From: a virus
IMG/VR virus record: IMGVR_UViG_3300022848_000014
Coordinates: 9,734-73,733 of that record
Direction: 5' to 3' (one strand)
Length of the DNA: 64,000 nt
A program made the translations under genes and the position numbers. Shown here one piece after another: positions 40,453 through 49,200 of this stretch. The notes under the pieces were generated by a model that worked only from the letters and a program-made list of their open reading frames with translations, was not told where the DNA came from and ran no database searches. Within the stretch, counting starts at the first letter, position 1, and the number at the start of each line of letters is the position of its first letter.

Positions 40453-40559
40453 TCGGAAGTGGCGAAATGGTAGACGCTATTAATAGGATGATGTTGGTGG
40501 AAAAGAAAAGCGCACCCAACTAAAAAACATCCATGTAGGTTCGAATCCTGTCTTCCGAA
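40453..40559 (+). tRNA. tRNA-like RNA with no canonical anticodon arm
   Basis: Acceptor TCGGAAG/CTTCCGA, Leu-type D arm TGGCGAAATGGTAGACGC, T loop GGTTCGAATCC; central ~57 nt forms a long irregular hairpin. Confidence 0.65.
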
Positions 40560-40599
40560 CTAATAATCAAATAATTTATATTCATCTAAAAACCGCAAA

Positions 40600-40932
40600 A
40601 TGAACGAAGCAAAAATGTCAGAACCAGGATCAAGACAGACCTGTTCATCAGTATTACGTGATATTACTGATTCAATAGGCCATACCCAAGATGTTCTAAA
40701 CGAACTAGAGCGTAATATGGGTCAATTCTTTGACTCTTCCTCAGAAGATGATGCCAAAGGGCCCATAGCTGCAGAAGCAAAAAACTCCTTGAATGGTGAG
40801 ACAATCCATGAGGTAGTGTTTGGTCATGGTGACAAGTTTTCTTTTCACACGCTAAACCAAATTGCCCACTTAACTAGTACACAGTCGAGTCAATTGACAA
40901 GGATTATGGATCAAATAAACACGAACCTTTAG
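40600..40932 (+). CDS. Hypothetical protein
   Basis: 110 aa ORF. Confidence 0.6.
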   Translation: MNEAKMSEPGSRQTCSSVLRDITDSIGHTQDVLNELERNMGQFFDSSSEDDAKGPIAAEAKNSLNGETIHEVVFGHGDKFSFHTLNQIAHLTSTQSSQLTRIMDQINTNL

Positions 40933-40942
40933 TAAAACATAA

Positions 40943-41013
40943 GCCAAGACCCATTTGCTTTTTACAAATTGTAACTCGGCATGGGAAACTCCCATTAGTA
41001 GGTGGGTCTTGGT
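40943..41013 (+). ncRNA. Structured intergenic element, copy 2
   Basis: GCCAAGACCCATTTGC...GTAGGTGGGTCTTGGT, inner hairpin ATGGGA/TCCCAT. Confidence 0.55.
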
Positions 41014-41035
41014 AATTTTATAAACCACAAAAAGA

Positions 41036-42209
41036 ATGATTATTACAGCCAAACCAATTCGAATCGGTACTTCTGGGAGCAATGGTAAGTTCCGAAAAGA
41101 AGTTTCCTCATTGTACGACATTCATAAATGGATGAGTGAAAAGAGTGGTGAAATGCTAACGGTTAAGCTTAAGAAGAATCAACTTTTCTCTCAGCCCAAG
41201 ACTCATGCCGAAAGCCGTGAACAAGAGTATGCGATAAGACACCACGCAAAAAATTTCAGATCGGCAGGAGAAGGTTTACGATCAAGCCCCTTTACTTTTT
41301 GAGTAAATGAATAATTCAAAAAACATATTAGAGTCTTTTGATTTTCTGGACGAGCTAGGTAAAAGCTGGTCTAAATCCAGAATGAATGAGCCTGGCAGGA
41401 TTGTCAGAACATCTAAGGGTGTCATTGGGAGGATAGTAAACTCAGAGCCTTCAGTTACAAAGGGGAAAATAGCAGTCTATACCAAGGAAGATACTATCTT
41501 GTGTAGCCCTGACTCACTAAGAACAATTGGATTCATAAACTAAGATGAACGAGGATCACTTTGAATTTATAGAGTATCGGATGTCCATTATTGATGGTCT
41601 AGTCAGGAAAATAGCAGTTTACCGTGAGCGCCCAATTGTTGTGACTGGGAAGTTTATAGGGTTTAAAGAAATAGATTTTGATGAAATTGACCAGTTCCAA
41701 GACTCATGGACTGAAGAAGAGAAAGAATTATACAATCCAAACCACAATAATCTAAAACGCTAATGTCAACAGATGAAATTTATACTACTGGATTCCATGT
41801 AAAATCTTATGAAATCGTTACTGATTTTCTAGAGGAATTAACTTACAATGATCAATTTCACCCCGAAGGTGAGAGAACTGTTTTTGTCACAAAAACAAGG
41901 GAGGTTCCTGTTATTCTTTACAACACCGTTCTGTCTATAGACAAACCTGTTAAGGCTGGTAATCACTATATGGAAATGGAGACTGAAGCACTCTTTATTG
42001 CTGTGGGGACGGAGCTAGTGAGTGTTAAACTCTTGAATGAAGTTGAATTGTTTGCTTATAGCTCTCCTGTTAAATTGGTGCTTGTTAGTTCACCCTTTGA
42101 TGAAGCTGGCCAAGGATTACATCTTGGGGAAGAAGACATGCATTTGCGAGTACGTCCAATGTCACCACTAGACTGCTTTCCTGGTCCCATACCTACTGAA
42201 GAAGATTAA
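41036..42209 (+). CDS. Four small hypothetical ORFs (41036-41302, 41307-41543, 41545-41763, 41763-42209)
   Basis: Tightly packed plus-strand ORFs. Confidence 0.6.
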
Positions 42210-42231
42210 TCTACAATGATCGTTAATATCA

Positions 42232-42693
42232 ATGTACATATCAAAGAAAACAAGGGAGGTAGTCCGGTTGAAGTTTGGGGGGCTCTGCGCCTATTCTGGG
42301 ACTGTATTAGAGAGCGATTGGCAAGTAGATCACCTTAAGCCTTTGATTAGGGGTTATGATGGAGCCCCACGGTTTCCTGAGAGGCATTCAATTGATAACA
42401 TGGTTCCTTCTCAAAAAATCATTAATCATTACAAGGGAACACTCGATCCAGAAACCTTTAGGTCTTGGTATCTTGGGGGACTCCATGAGAGGCTGAAGAA
42501 ACTCCCCCGAAAAACTAGGGTCAAGAACACAAGAAACAGGAAGAGGTATTTAAGGCGTGTTGCCTCATTCTTTGATATTACACCTGACACGCCATTTTCA
42601 GGAATCTTTTATTATGAAATACATAAACCACAACATGGGACAATTAGAGGAAACACCAGAAGAAAAATCAAAAAGATCAGCACAACTAATTGA
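42232..42693 (+). CDS. HNH endonuclease
   Basis: KFGGLCAYSG...WQVDHLKP...NMVPS...NHYK. Confidence 0.8.
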   Translation: MYISKKTREVVRLKFGGLCAYSGTVLESDWQVDHLKPLIRGYDGAPRFPERHSIDNMVPSQKIINHYKGTLDPETFRSWYLGGLHERLKKLPRKTRVKNTRNRKRYLRRVASFFDITPDTPFSGIFYYEIHKPQHGTIRGNTRRKIKKISTTN

Positions 42694-42961
42694 GATGGCC
42701 AAGCTGTATCTGCTTCAGATTGACGAAAATCACTTAGAATCAGTGTCAACCCAGCTACACACACAAGCATCTAGGCAGGAGTCAATGTCCATCATTAATA
42801 TGCATTACTATCCAGAGAAGACGCAAATACTAAGAGCTCAGGCTGGTGCTTTGGGTGCTTTGTTGTCATTTATTAGTCATCTCAAGGAAATCGATCAGTT
42901 GAAAAAGACCTTAGACAAAGCCAAGCAGGGTAGGGAGCAAATAGATAGATTGTTTTTGTAG
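42635..42961 (+). CDS. Hypothetical protein
   Basis: ATG 42635 after an AAACCAC leader. Confidence 0.55.
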   Translation: MGQLEETPEEKSKRSAQLIEMAKLYLLQIDENHLESVSTQLHTQASRQESMSIINMHYYPEKTQILRAQAGALGALLSFISHLKEIDQLKKTLDKAKQGREQIDRLFL

Positions 42962-42964
42962 TTC

Positions 42965-43270
42965 ATGCGTCACAAAGCCTATAAAACTGACTACAGTTGG
43001 CATTATCTTCAGATCAAGGAAAGATTGAAGAATGCTTTCATAAAGGATGGATTCAGTAGATCTTTTTATGGTGATTACTTGAGTAAGGAAATACTCTATA
43101 GCCTCCTGTTTGAATTCAGAGTGGGTGATCCACCTAACTGTAGCTCTAGGGGCTCAAAGAAAGATTGGAGAGACTGGCATATTGTTCTTGAGACTCATGG
43201 GACTTGGCTCAAGTTTTATCAGTTCTATCTTTGTTCAGTTGATATTTATGAATGGAATAAAATAAAATGA
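42965..43270 (+). CDS. Hypothetical protein
   Basis: 101 aa ORF. Confidence 0.5.
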   Translation: MRHKAYKTDYSWHYLQIKERLKNAFIKDGFSRSFYGDYLSKEILYSLLFEFRVGDPPNCSSRGSKKDWRDWHIVLETHGTWLKFYQFYLCSVDIYEWNKIK

Positions 43271-43282
43271 AAACAGAGCAAA

Positions 43283-43507
43283 ATGAAAAACAATAAAATT
43301 ATAAGCAGTTTTAAATATTGGGCAATCACTAGAAAATGGTTGTGGCAAAGAGTCGTTTTTGATAATGGTGTTGTTGGCAGAAACTATCACAGATATGACC
43401 ATATCTTGTATTCTTATTGTCAAGGAATGGGTGATAATGGAGAGTATGGAGGTATTAATACCGTAATAAAATTACAAGTGGAATCATCTATGCGTAATTG
43501 TGCCTAA
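43283..43507 (+). CDS. Hypothetical protein, distal cassette remnant of array B
   Basis: Stop codon lies within the TGTGCCTAAC core. Confidence 0.55.
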   Translation: MKNNKIISSFKYWAITRKWLWQRVVFDNGVVGRNYHRYDHILYSYCQGMGDNGEYGGINTVIKLQVESSMRNCA

Positions 43508-43565
43508 CGGTTTGTATATGAAATCGGCTGACGATAGGAAGCTGTTTTATATACCGTGTTAGCCA
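43499..43565 (-). repeat. attC-like palindromic site B2
   Basis: Plus strand: TGTGCCTAAC-GGTTT-GTATATGAAA...TTTTATATAC-CGT-GTTAGCCA. Confidence 0.8.
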
Positions 43566-43602
43566 TCTGGCTGTGGTAAATTAAGAACTAAAATTAAATA
43601 GA

Positions 43603-44247
43603 ATGAAAATATTAATAGCTTGTGAGGAGAGCCAAGAAGTTTGTAAGGCTTTCCGAGAAATAGGATTTGAGGCTTATAGTTGCGATATGCAAGAATGTAG
43701 TGGTGGTAAACCTGAATGGCATATTGTAGGTGATGCAGTTGTAGAAGCGTATAGTGGTAAATATGACCTTATGATAGCGCACCCACCTTGCACTTATATT
43801 AGTAGAGCTGGTGCAAGATGGATGTACCCAACAGCAGGAAATTTAAGCCAAGAAAGATTTAATAAAGCAATGGAAGCGAAGGATTTGTTTATGAAATTAT
43901 TGAACGCTCCTATACCTTATATTGCTGTTGAGAACCCAACATTGTTAAAAGTAGTTGGATTGCCTAAACAAAGCCAAGCGGTGCAACCTTATGAATACGG
44001 ACACCCTTATAGTAAAAGAACTCTGCTGTGGATTAAAAATTTACCACTATTAAGCCCAACCAAAATAGTAAGCGAATATAAGCCGTACTTACCAAGTAAT
44101 ACAGGGGGCAAAAAACGAGGGCAGAAATATCAATTTAAGAACATAAGCCAAAAGGAAAGCAGTAAAACTTTTAGCGGAATTGCAAAAGCTATGGCTGAAC
44201 AATGGGGAAACTTCATTAAAAGCGATAATGTAGCAGCTTGTGGCTAA
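43603..44247 (+). CDS. Phage-type C5-methyltransferase-like protein, cassette B2
   Basis: ILIACEES, AYSCD, DLMIAHPPCTY, VENP, PYEYGHP..KRT.LW, AMAEQWG. Confidence 0.8.
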   Translation: MKILIACEESQEVCKAFREIGFEAYSCDMQECSGGKPEWHIVGDAVVEAYSGKYDLMIAHPPCTYISRAGARWMYPTAGNLSQERFNKAMEAKDLFMKLLNAPIPYIAVENPTLLKVVGLPKQSQAVQPYEYGHPYSKRTLLWIKNLPLLSPTKIVSEYKPYLPSNTGGKKRGQKYQFKNISQKESSKTFSGIAKAMAEQWGNFIKSDNVAACG

Positions 44248-44312
44248 CGTGTTGTATATGATTAAGCGATAGCGACCCTTTTTAGGGTTAATTATATACG
44301 GTGTTACCTGCA
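44241..44312 (-). repeat. attC-like palindromic site B1
   Basis: Plus strand: TGGCTAAC-GTGTT-GTATATGATTAA...TTAATTATATAC-GGT-GTTACCTGCA. Confidence 0.8.
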
Positions 44313-44335
44313 GTACGGATTATTAAAAACGAAAT

Positions 44336-45040
44336 ATGAAAAGAAACAAAATATATTTAGGGGATTGTTTAGAGTTGATGCCTAAACACGTAGAAGATAA
44401 AAGCGTTGATATGATTTTTTGCGATTTACCTTATGGAACAACACAAAACAAATGGGATAGCGTTATACCTTTTGAGCCACTTTGGGAACAATATAAGAGA
44501 GTTATAAAAGATAATGGAGCTATTGTGTTATTTGGCTCACAACCTTTTACAAGTGCTTTAATTATGAGTGAACCTAAAATGTTTAAATACTCTTGGTATT
44601 GGTTAAAAAATAGAGCTACTGGAGTTTTAAACTCTAAAAAACAACCGTTAAGAAATATTGAAGAAATTTGTGTTTTTAATATAAAGAAATATAACCCACA
44701 AGGATTGATTGAGGTGAACCAACCAAGTAGAAACAGCAAGAAAGATTACGATAACTATGGGAAAGGAACTAGTAAACAATACACTCAAAAATACACAAAC
44801 TACCCAAAGCAATTGATTGAGTTTAATAGCGTGCAAAGAACAACGCACCCAACAGAAAAGCCATTAGATTTAATTGAATATATGATTAAGACTTACACAA
44901 ATGAAGGTGATTTGATACTTGATAATACTTGTGGAAGTGGAACAACTGGAAGAGGAGCGAAGAACTTAAACAGAGATTATATTATGATGGAGCAAGAAGA
45001 GAAGTATTATGACATTGCTTGTAAAAGACTACTAACTTAG
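44336..45040 (+). CDS. DNA N6-adenine/N4-cytosine methyltransferase (beta class), cassette B1
   Basis: DLPYGTT, HPTEKP, DNTCGSGTTG. Confidence 0.92.
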   Translation: MKRNKIYLGDCLELMPKHVEDKSVDMIFCDLPYGTTQNKWDSVIPFEPLWEQYKRVIKDNGAIVLFGSQPFTSALIMSEPKMFKYSWYWLKNRATGVLNSKKQPLRNIEEICVFNIKKYNPQGLIEVNQPSRNSKKDYDNYGKGTSKQYTQKYTNYPKQLIEFNSVQRTTHPTEKPLDLIEYMIKTYTNEGDLILDNTCGSGTTGRGAKNLNRDYIMMEQEEKYYDIACKRLLT

Positions 45041-45050
45041 TATTGCAGGT

Positions 45051-45134
45051 AACACTAAGCTTCGTGCCGTTCTCTTCGAATGGCATTAAGCGACTGTTTA
45101 GCACCGTCTTTCGGAGTACTTACGGAGAAATATG
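45051..45134 (-). repeat. 84-bp array-anchor element (putative attI-like site), copy B
   Basis: Inverted copy of 29379-29462, 82/84 identical. Confidence 0.85.
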
Positions 45135-45140
45135 GGTTTT

Positions 45141-45262
45141 AAAAAAATAGCTCACATCTCCTGAGCCTGGGCCGACACCTCCCGCAGTTGTATGTTGTCG
45201 CCAGTTTCATGCTTCAGGTACCCTCCACATGACGCAGAATTCAGGCCCGGACATGTGAGCTA
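45141..45262 (-). ncRNA. Candidate ~120-nt structured small RNA
   Basis: TAGATTTG promoter element at 45268-45275; closing stem ATAGCTCACAT..TCC..GCCTG/CAGGC..GGA.ATGTGAGCTAT followed by a T7 run. Confidence 0.5.
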
Positions 45263-45272
45263 TAGTGCAAAT

Positions 45273-45908
45273 CTAGCTTTTTATCCAATCTGAGCAAACA
45301 TGTATTTCACTCTTATGTCTGAGTCGCATAAATACCCCATGGCCTTCTCGTGATCCTGCGCTATTGGTGTTCCCCTCTACTGTAAGGACGTACCCATCCC
45401 CGAAGTCCATTACAATTACCCCCACATGAGCCACACGCTTTAGTCTAGTGAAATAGAGTCCAAAAGTCCAACCTTGTTGGAATGTAATATGATCGCCATC
45501 GATACCCCTTTGCCAGACAATTTTATCTTTTGGAAACCAACAGGGACTCCATGCGGGACAGGACGGACCTTCTAATCCTATACTCAGGAGTCCATAGTTT
45601 GCGAAGCAAGCACAATATGGGTTTCCAGGCTCAACTCCGCACCCATTGAAGAAAAGATCGATTAGCGGACCTCTATTGGAGGCGTTATCCTCTTTTGCCC
45701 CCAGATATGATTTCAGGGTATCCACATACCATTTTTCTGTGGGCCTGGGTACTGAGATGTCTAGGTATACTGTGTCTCGGATGAATATACTATCCTTTTT
45801 CAAGGGCTCTTGGTATGTATCTGTTATAGTATGGCCGCTATCATTGCAGCCGCACAAAGAACAAAGAATGCATAGATAGATAAGAAAAATAGGGGTCTTC
45901 TGAAGCAT
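45273..45908 (-). CDS. CHAP-domain peptidoglycan hydrolase (endolysin)
   Basis: PYCACFA (catalytic Cys), HVGVI (His), TVEGNT; hydrophobic/lipoprotein-like N-terminus. Confidence 0.85.
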   Translation of the reverse strand: MLQKTPIFLIYLCILCSLCGCNDSGHTITDTYQEPLKKDSIFIRDTVYLDISVPRPTEKWYVDTLKSYLGAKEDNASNRGPLIDLFFNGCGVEPGNPYCACFANYGLLSIGLEGPSCPAWSPCWFPKDKIVWQRGIDGDHITFQQGWTFGLYFTRLKRVAHVGVIVMDFGDGYVLTVEGNTNSAGSREGHGVFMRLRHKSEIHVCSDWIKS

Positions 45909-46267
45909 TGGAATTCTGGTTTTTCGGTTTTTCGTATTGTCTTAATATCATTCACAAACTCACTATCTAATCCTACCCCTTCACCATCTGGATCGGTGAA
46001 GTAGTCAGTGACTAATGGGAAGAACCTCTTAAGCATGTACCAAGCGCCCATTAAGACGATTGAGAACACACCGATACCCGCCAGAGACGACATTAGGTAC
46101 CTCATTGATATTGCTGGCATTTCATCCGGGCCAAAAATGTACCCAAGGCCGTACAACCCCCCATATACAATTCCAACCCACACTAGGATATTAATAACGT
46201 CTTTCCCCATTACCAGGGACCAAGCTTTCTTGATCAATTTAATTGATTTACTTTTTTGCATTTTCAT
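45824..46267 (-). CDS. Holin-like membrane protein
   Basis: Three hydrophobic segments; overlaps the endolysin. Confidence 0.55.
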   Translation of the reverse strand: MKMQKSKSIKLIKKAWSLVMGKDVINILVWVGIVYGGLYGLGYIFGPDEMPAISMRYLMSSLAGIGVFSIVLMGAWYMLKRFFPLVTDYFTDPDGEGVGLDSEFVNDIKTIRKTEKPEFQCFRRPLFFLSIYAFFVLCAAAMIAAIL

Positions 46268-49200
46268 CTTTCATTTTTTGAATTGATAAATCTCGTTTGG
46301 CTTTACGCTCTTCGTCTCTTATTTTTTTTGCTGCAGCTCTTTCTAGTGCAACTTTAACTCCAGGCCCCTTTTCAAGAGCTAGTTCCCATGTTTTCTGTGT
46401 AATGTCTACCTCATACTTTTTAGCCATCATATCCTCTAAAGCTTTTTGGGCTGTTCGATTAATTCCTGGCTTATCAGGATTAACCACTTCCTTAAGATAT
46501 GAGTAGTGAACTAATTTTTGTTCTTTCTCAGTGATCCTTTCTTGTGGGATTTTCTCGATGTAGTTGTAGAGGGTCATTGTATATCGATAAGTCTCGTCGT
46601 CTAGGTCTTCAACAAACCTACGGACTAAAGGCATTTGGTTCACACTTCCCTCTTTATCAAAAGTAGCTATGCGAACTGCTTCTTGGGCTATACCCCCAAA
46701 AACCTCATTCATTATGTAGTCAAAAGTCTCTGGACTAATACTCACACCCATTTTGTCATAGAGTTGTTGGGCACCCTCTATGTAGGCTTCATTTGTACTT
46801 TTATGGTAAATCTCATGATCAGCCTTTCCAATAGTAAATTTCGGATAAATTGGACTCATCTTATAATCTTTATTCATGGAGACCTCAGCACTTTGGGAAG
46901 CAAGTACTGGCAAAAAGGCACTTACCCAGTTAGCTTGGTTCCCACTCACAGGGTCAACCACCATTTGTACCGAATGCAATTGATTAAAGAAAGCTCTGGC
47001 TGGTGTGATCCTGCCAGATTGAAGGTCATAAGCAGCTTCACCCATTGACATAAATAGTCTTAGGAAAGAATAGGATTTCGGAATCTTGAAGGGCTTTGTT
47101 GGTTCAACTGGATTATAGATGTAAGTGTTCTGAGTCCAGTCCATCGGTGATTCGGTCATCATTTTTAGCTCATCCTCTTCATCCATCATGCTGTAGAGTA
47201 GCATTTTGTTTAGGTAGGCAAATGAGGCTGCTGCTGCCAGAGCTTTTCTACCAGACTTTGACTTGAGTAATTGCCCAGTCTTGGCCACACCCTGTATTCC
47301 TGCATTAAGGAAAAGGTACATGCTATTGAGAATAGTCATTTGAGACCCTTTTTTCTCAAAGTTTAGGGATATGTTTTTAGCGGCTCCCGCAGCCTGTTGT
47401 GGGGATAACCCTGCATCCCTGAGTGATGCATATACGGCTAGTCTGTTGGACATCTCAAAAACCTCATTGATTCCTAAGGCTGTGTCCATCATGGCGTGAA
47501 GCGTCTCTTTGGCCATGTTTGTCCCTTTGTTTGCTTTAGACTTCTCACCAAGTTTTTTTAAGCTGTCAACCTGATCTTGTATCTGGCCATAGTTAGCCCA
47601 TGACATGTACATCCCTTCAGCCCTTGCCTCACTCAGATATTGCATCATGTCACCCCCTTGGTCTGTGGCACCAAAGTAGTTTTTAGCAATTGTGGGTCCA
47701 GCAATACGAAGGTTTGCTAGATATGCACGTCGAATTCCCTTTAAGTCATATCGATCTTTTTCCACTCCTAAGTTTGCAAGGACATCCTGTGTATCACGAG
47801 CAAAGTTGGGAACACCAAAGAATATGTTAAGGGATGTTATGAGAGACCGTTGGAAATTAGTCATTGCCCCAAAACCTTTGATAATTTTGCCCTCCCACTT
47901 TCCTGTCTTTCGATTACTTGGGATAAGCGCATTATAGAGTCCTTCATGCCTAACCTCAAGATAAACGATTTTACCCCCGGGCATACGAACCTTTACTGAG
48001 TTCGTTTTCACATTGTCAGGAACAAGGTCATTGTAAGAGATTATGTCTCCCGTATCTGGATCGATGTCAGGTATTCCTCTTGCGGTATGCACTTTCCATA
48101 CTGAAGGATCGGCATTTTGACGAGCAAGTTCCACGAGCGCTCTATTGGCATTATTCTTCTCTACTTTCTCAATGGTTTTGGCCAGGTTTACTACCGCTTG
48201 ATTTAATGGGTCATAGACTTGCTCTGAAGTATATGAGCCCCTTCCTTCAGCGGCCAGGATGTCAGGAGAAGTGCTACCACCTTTTTTCTTTGACTTTGAG
48301 TTAAAGAATGCAGGGTCAATAACAACGGGCATGTAGTTTGACCATTCAATATCTGATCCTGTTTTATCCCCATTTAGTAGGGCTTGGTATTGCTTTTCGT
48401 CGATGAAATCGTTTTCATAGAGTATATCAAGATTCTTTTCCAAAACTTCCTCCCTGAATTCTTGGGCAAACTCATCTAGGTCTTTACGCTTTCCATCATA
48501 GCTATCTAATATGGCCTGTGCGTCTTTATCGCTCATTCTGGCTCCTTCCTCTACAATTCGATATAATTCCACCTCATTGTTCTCGATAGCCTCAATTTGG
48601 GCAGCGTAGAACTGTTGTCCTCTTGTGGTTTCAGCATTTTCCATCTTAGCAGTTAGTTGAGCAACTTTTTCTTCCTGCTTCTTGATTGACATATCCCTGA
48701 GTCTTGCATTACGCTCAGGAACGTGAAGGGCGTACATGAATTGGGAAAGGTCTGTGAGTGTTAATCCCTTCTTTTTCATTCTTCCATTAAGGGAAGCTTT
48801 GTTCTGCTTTCTCTTTTCAAATACGGTGCTTCTGCCTGATATTTGGAAAGTGGTACCAGGGTCCGCGCCATAAATATAGGTCTTGAGTGCATCGATTTGT
48901 TCTGCAGTCTTTGATCTAACAAGCTCTCGTTTCGTGTAAGCATTAAGTGCGTCTGGTAAGTTTTTACCCTTAAGCTTCTCGATAGACTGTTGAATTTTCT
49001 TAAGCCATATATCCCCATCTTGGAAAGCTTGCCTGAAGCTGGTAAACGTTTCAAAGCCTTCTGTTTTAGATAGGGGTATTGTCATGCCAGATTCATTCAG
49101 AAAATCAATTTCCCTTTGAACCCTTCCCATTAGGACATCGGCCAATTTCTCATCCATGCCTAGTTTATCTACGACAAACCTCGTGATTGCTGCAGGGTCA

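Noticed and set aside
29379-45134. 84-bp inverted repeats as transposon/IS ends
   Set aside because: No transposase, no evident target-site duplication, and the enclosed DNA includes core phage genes.
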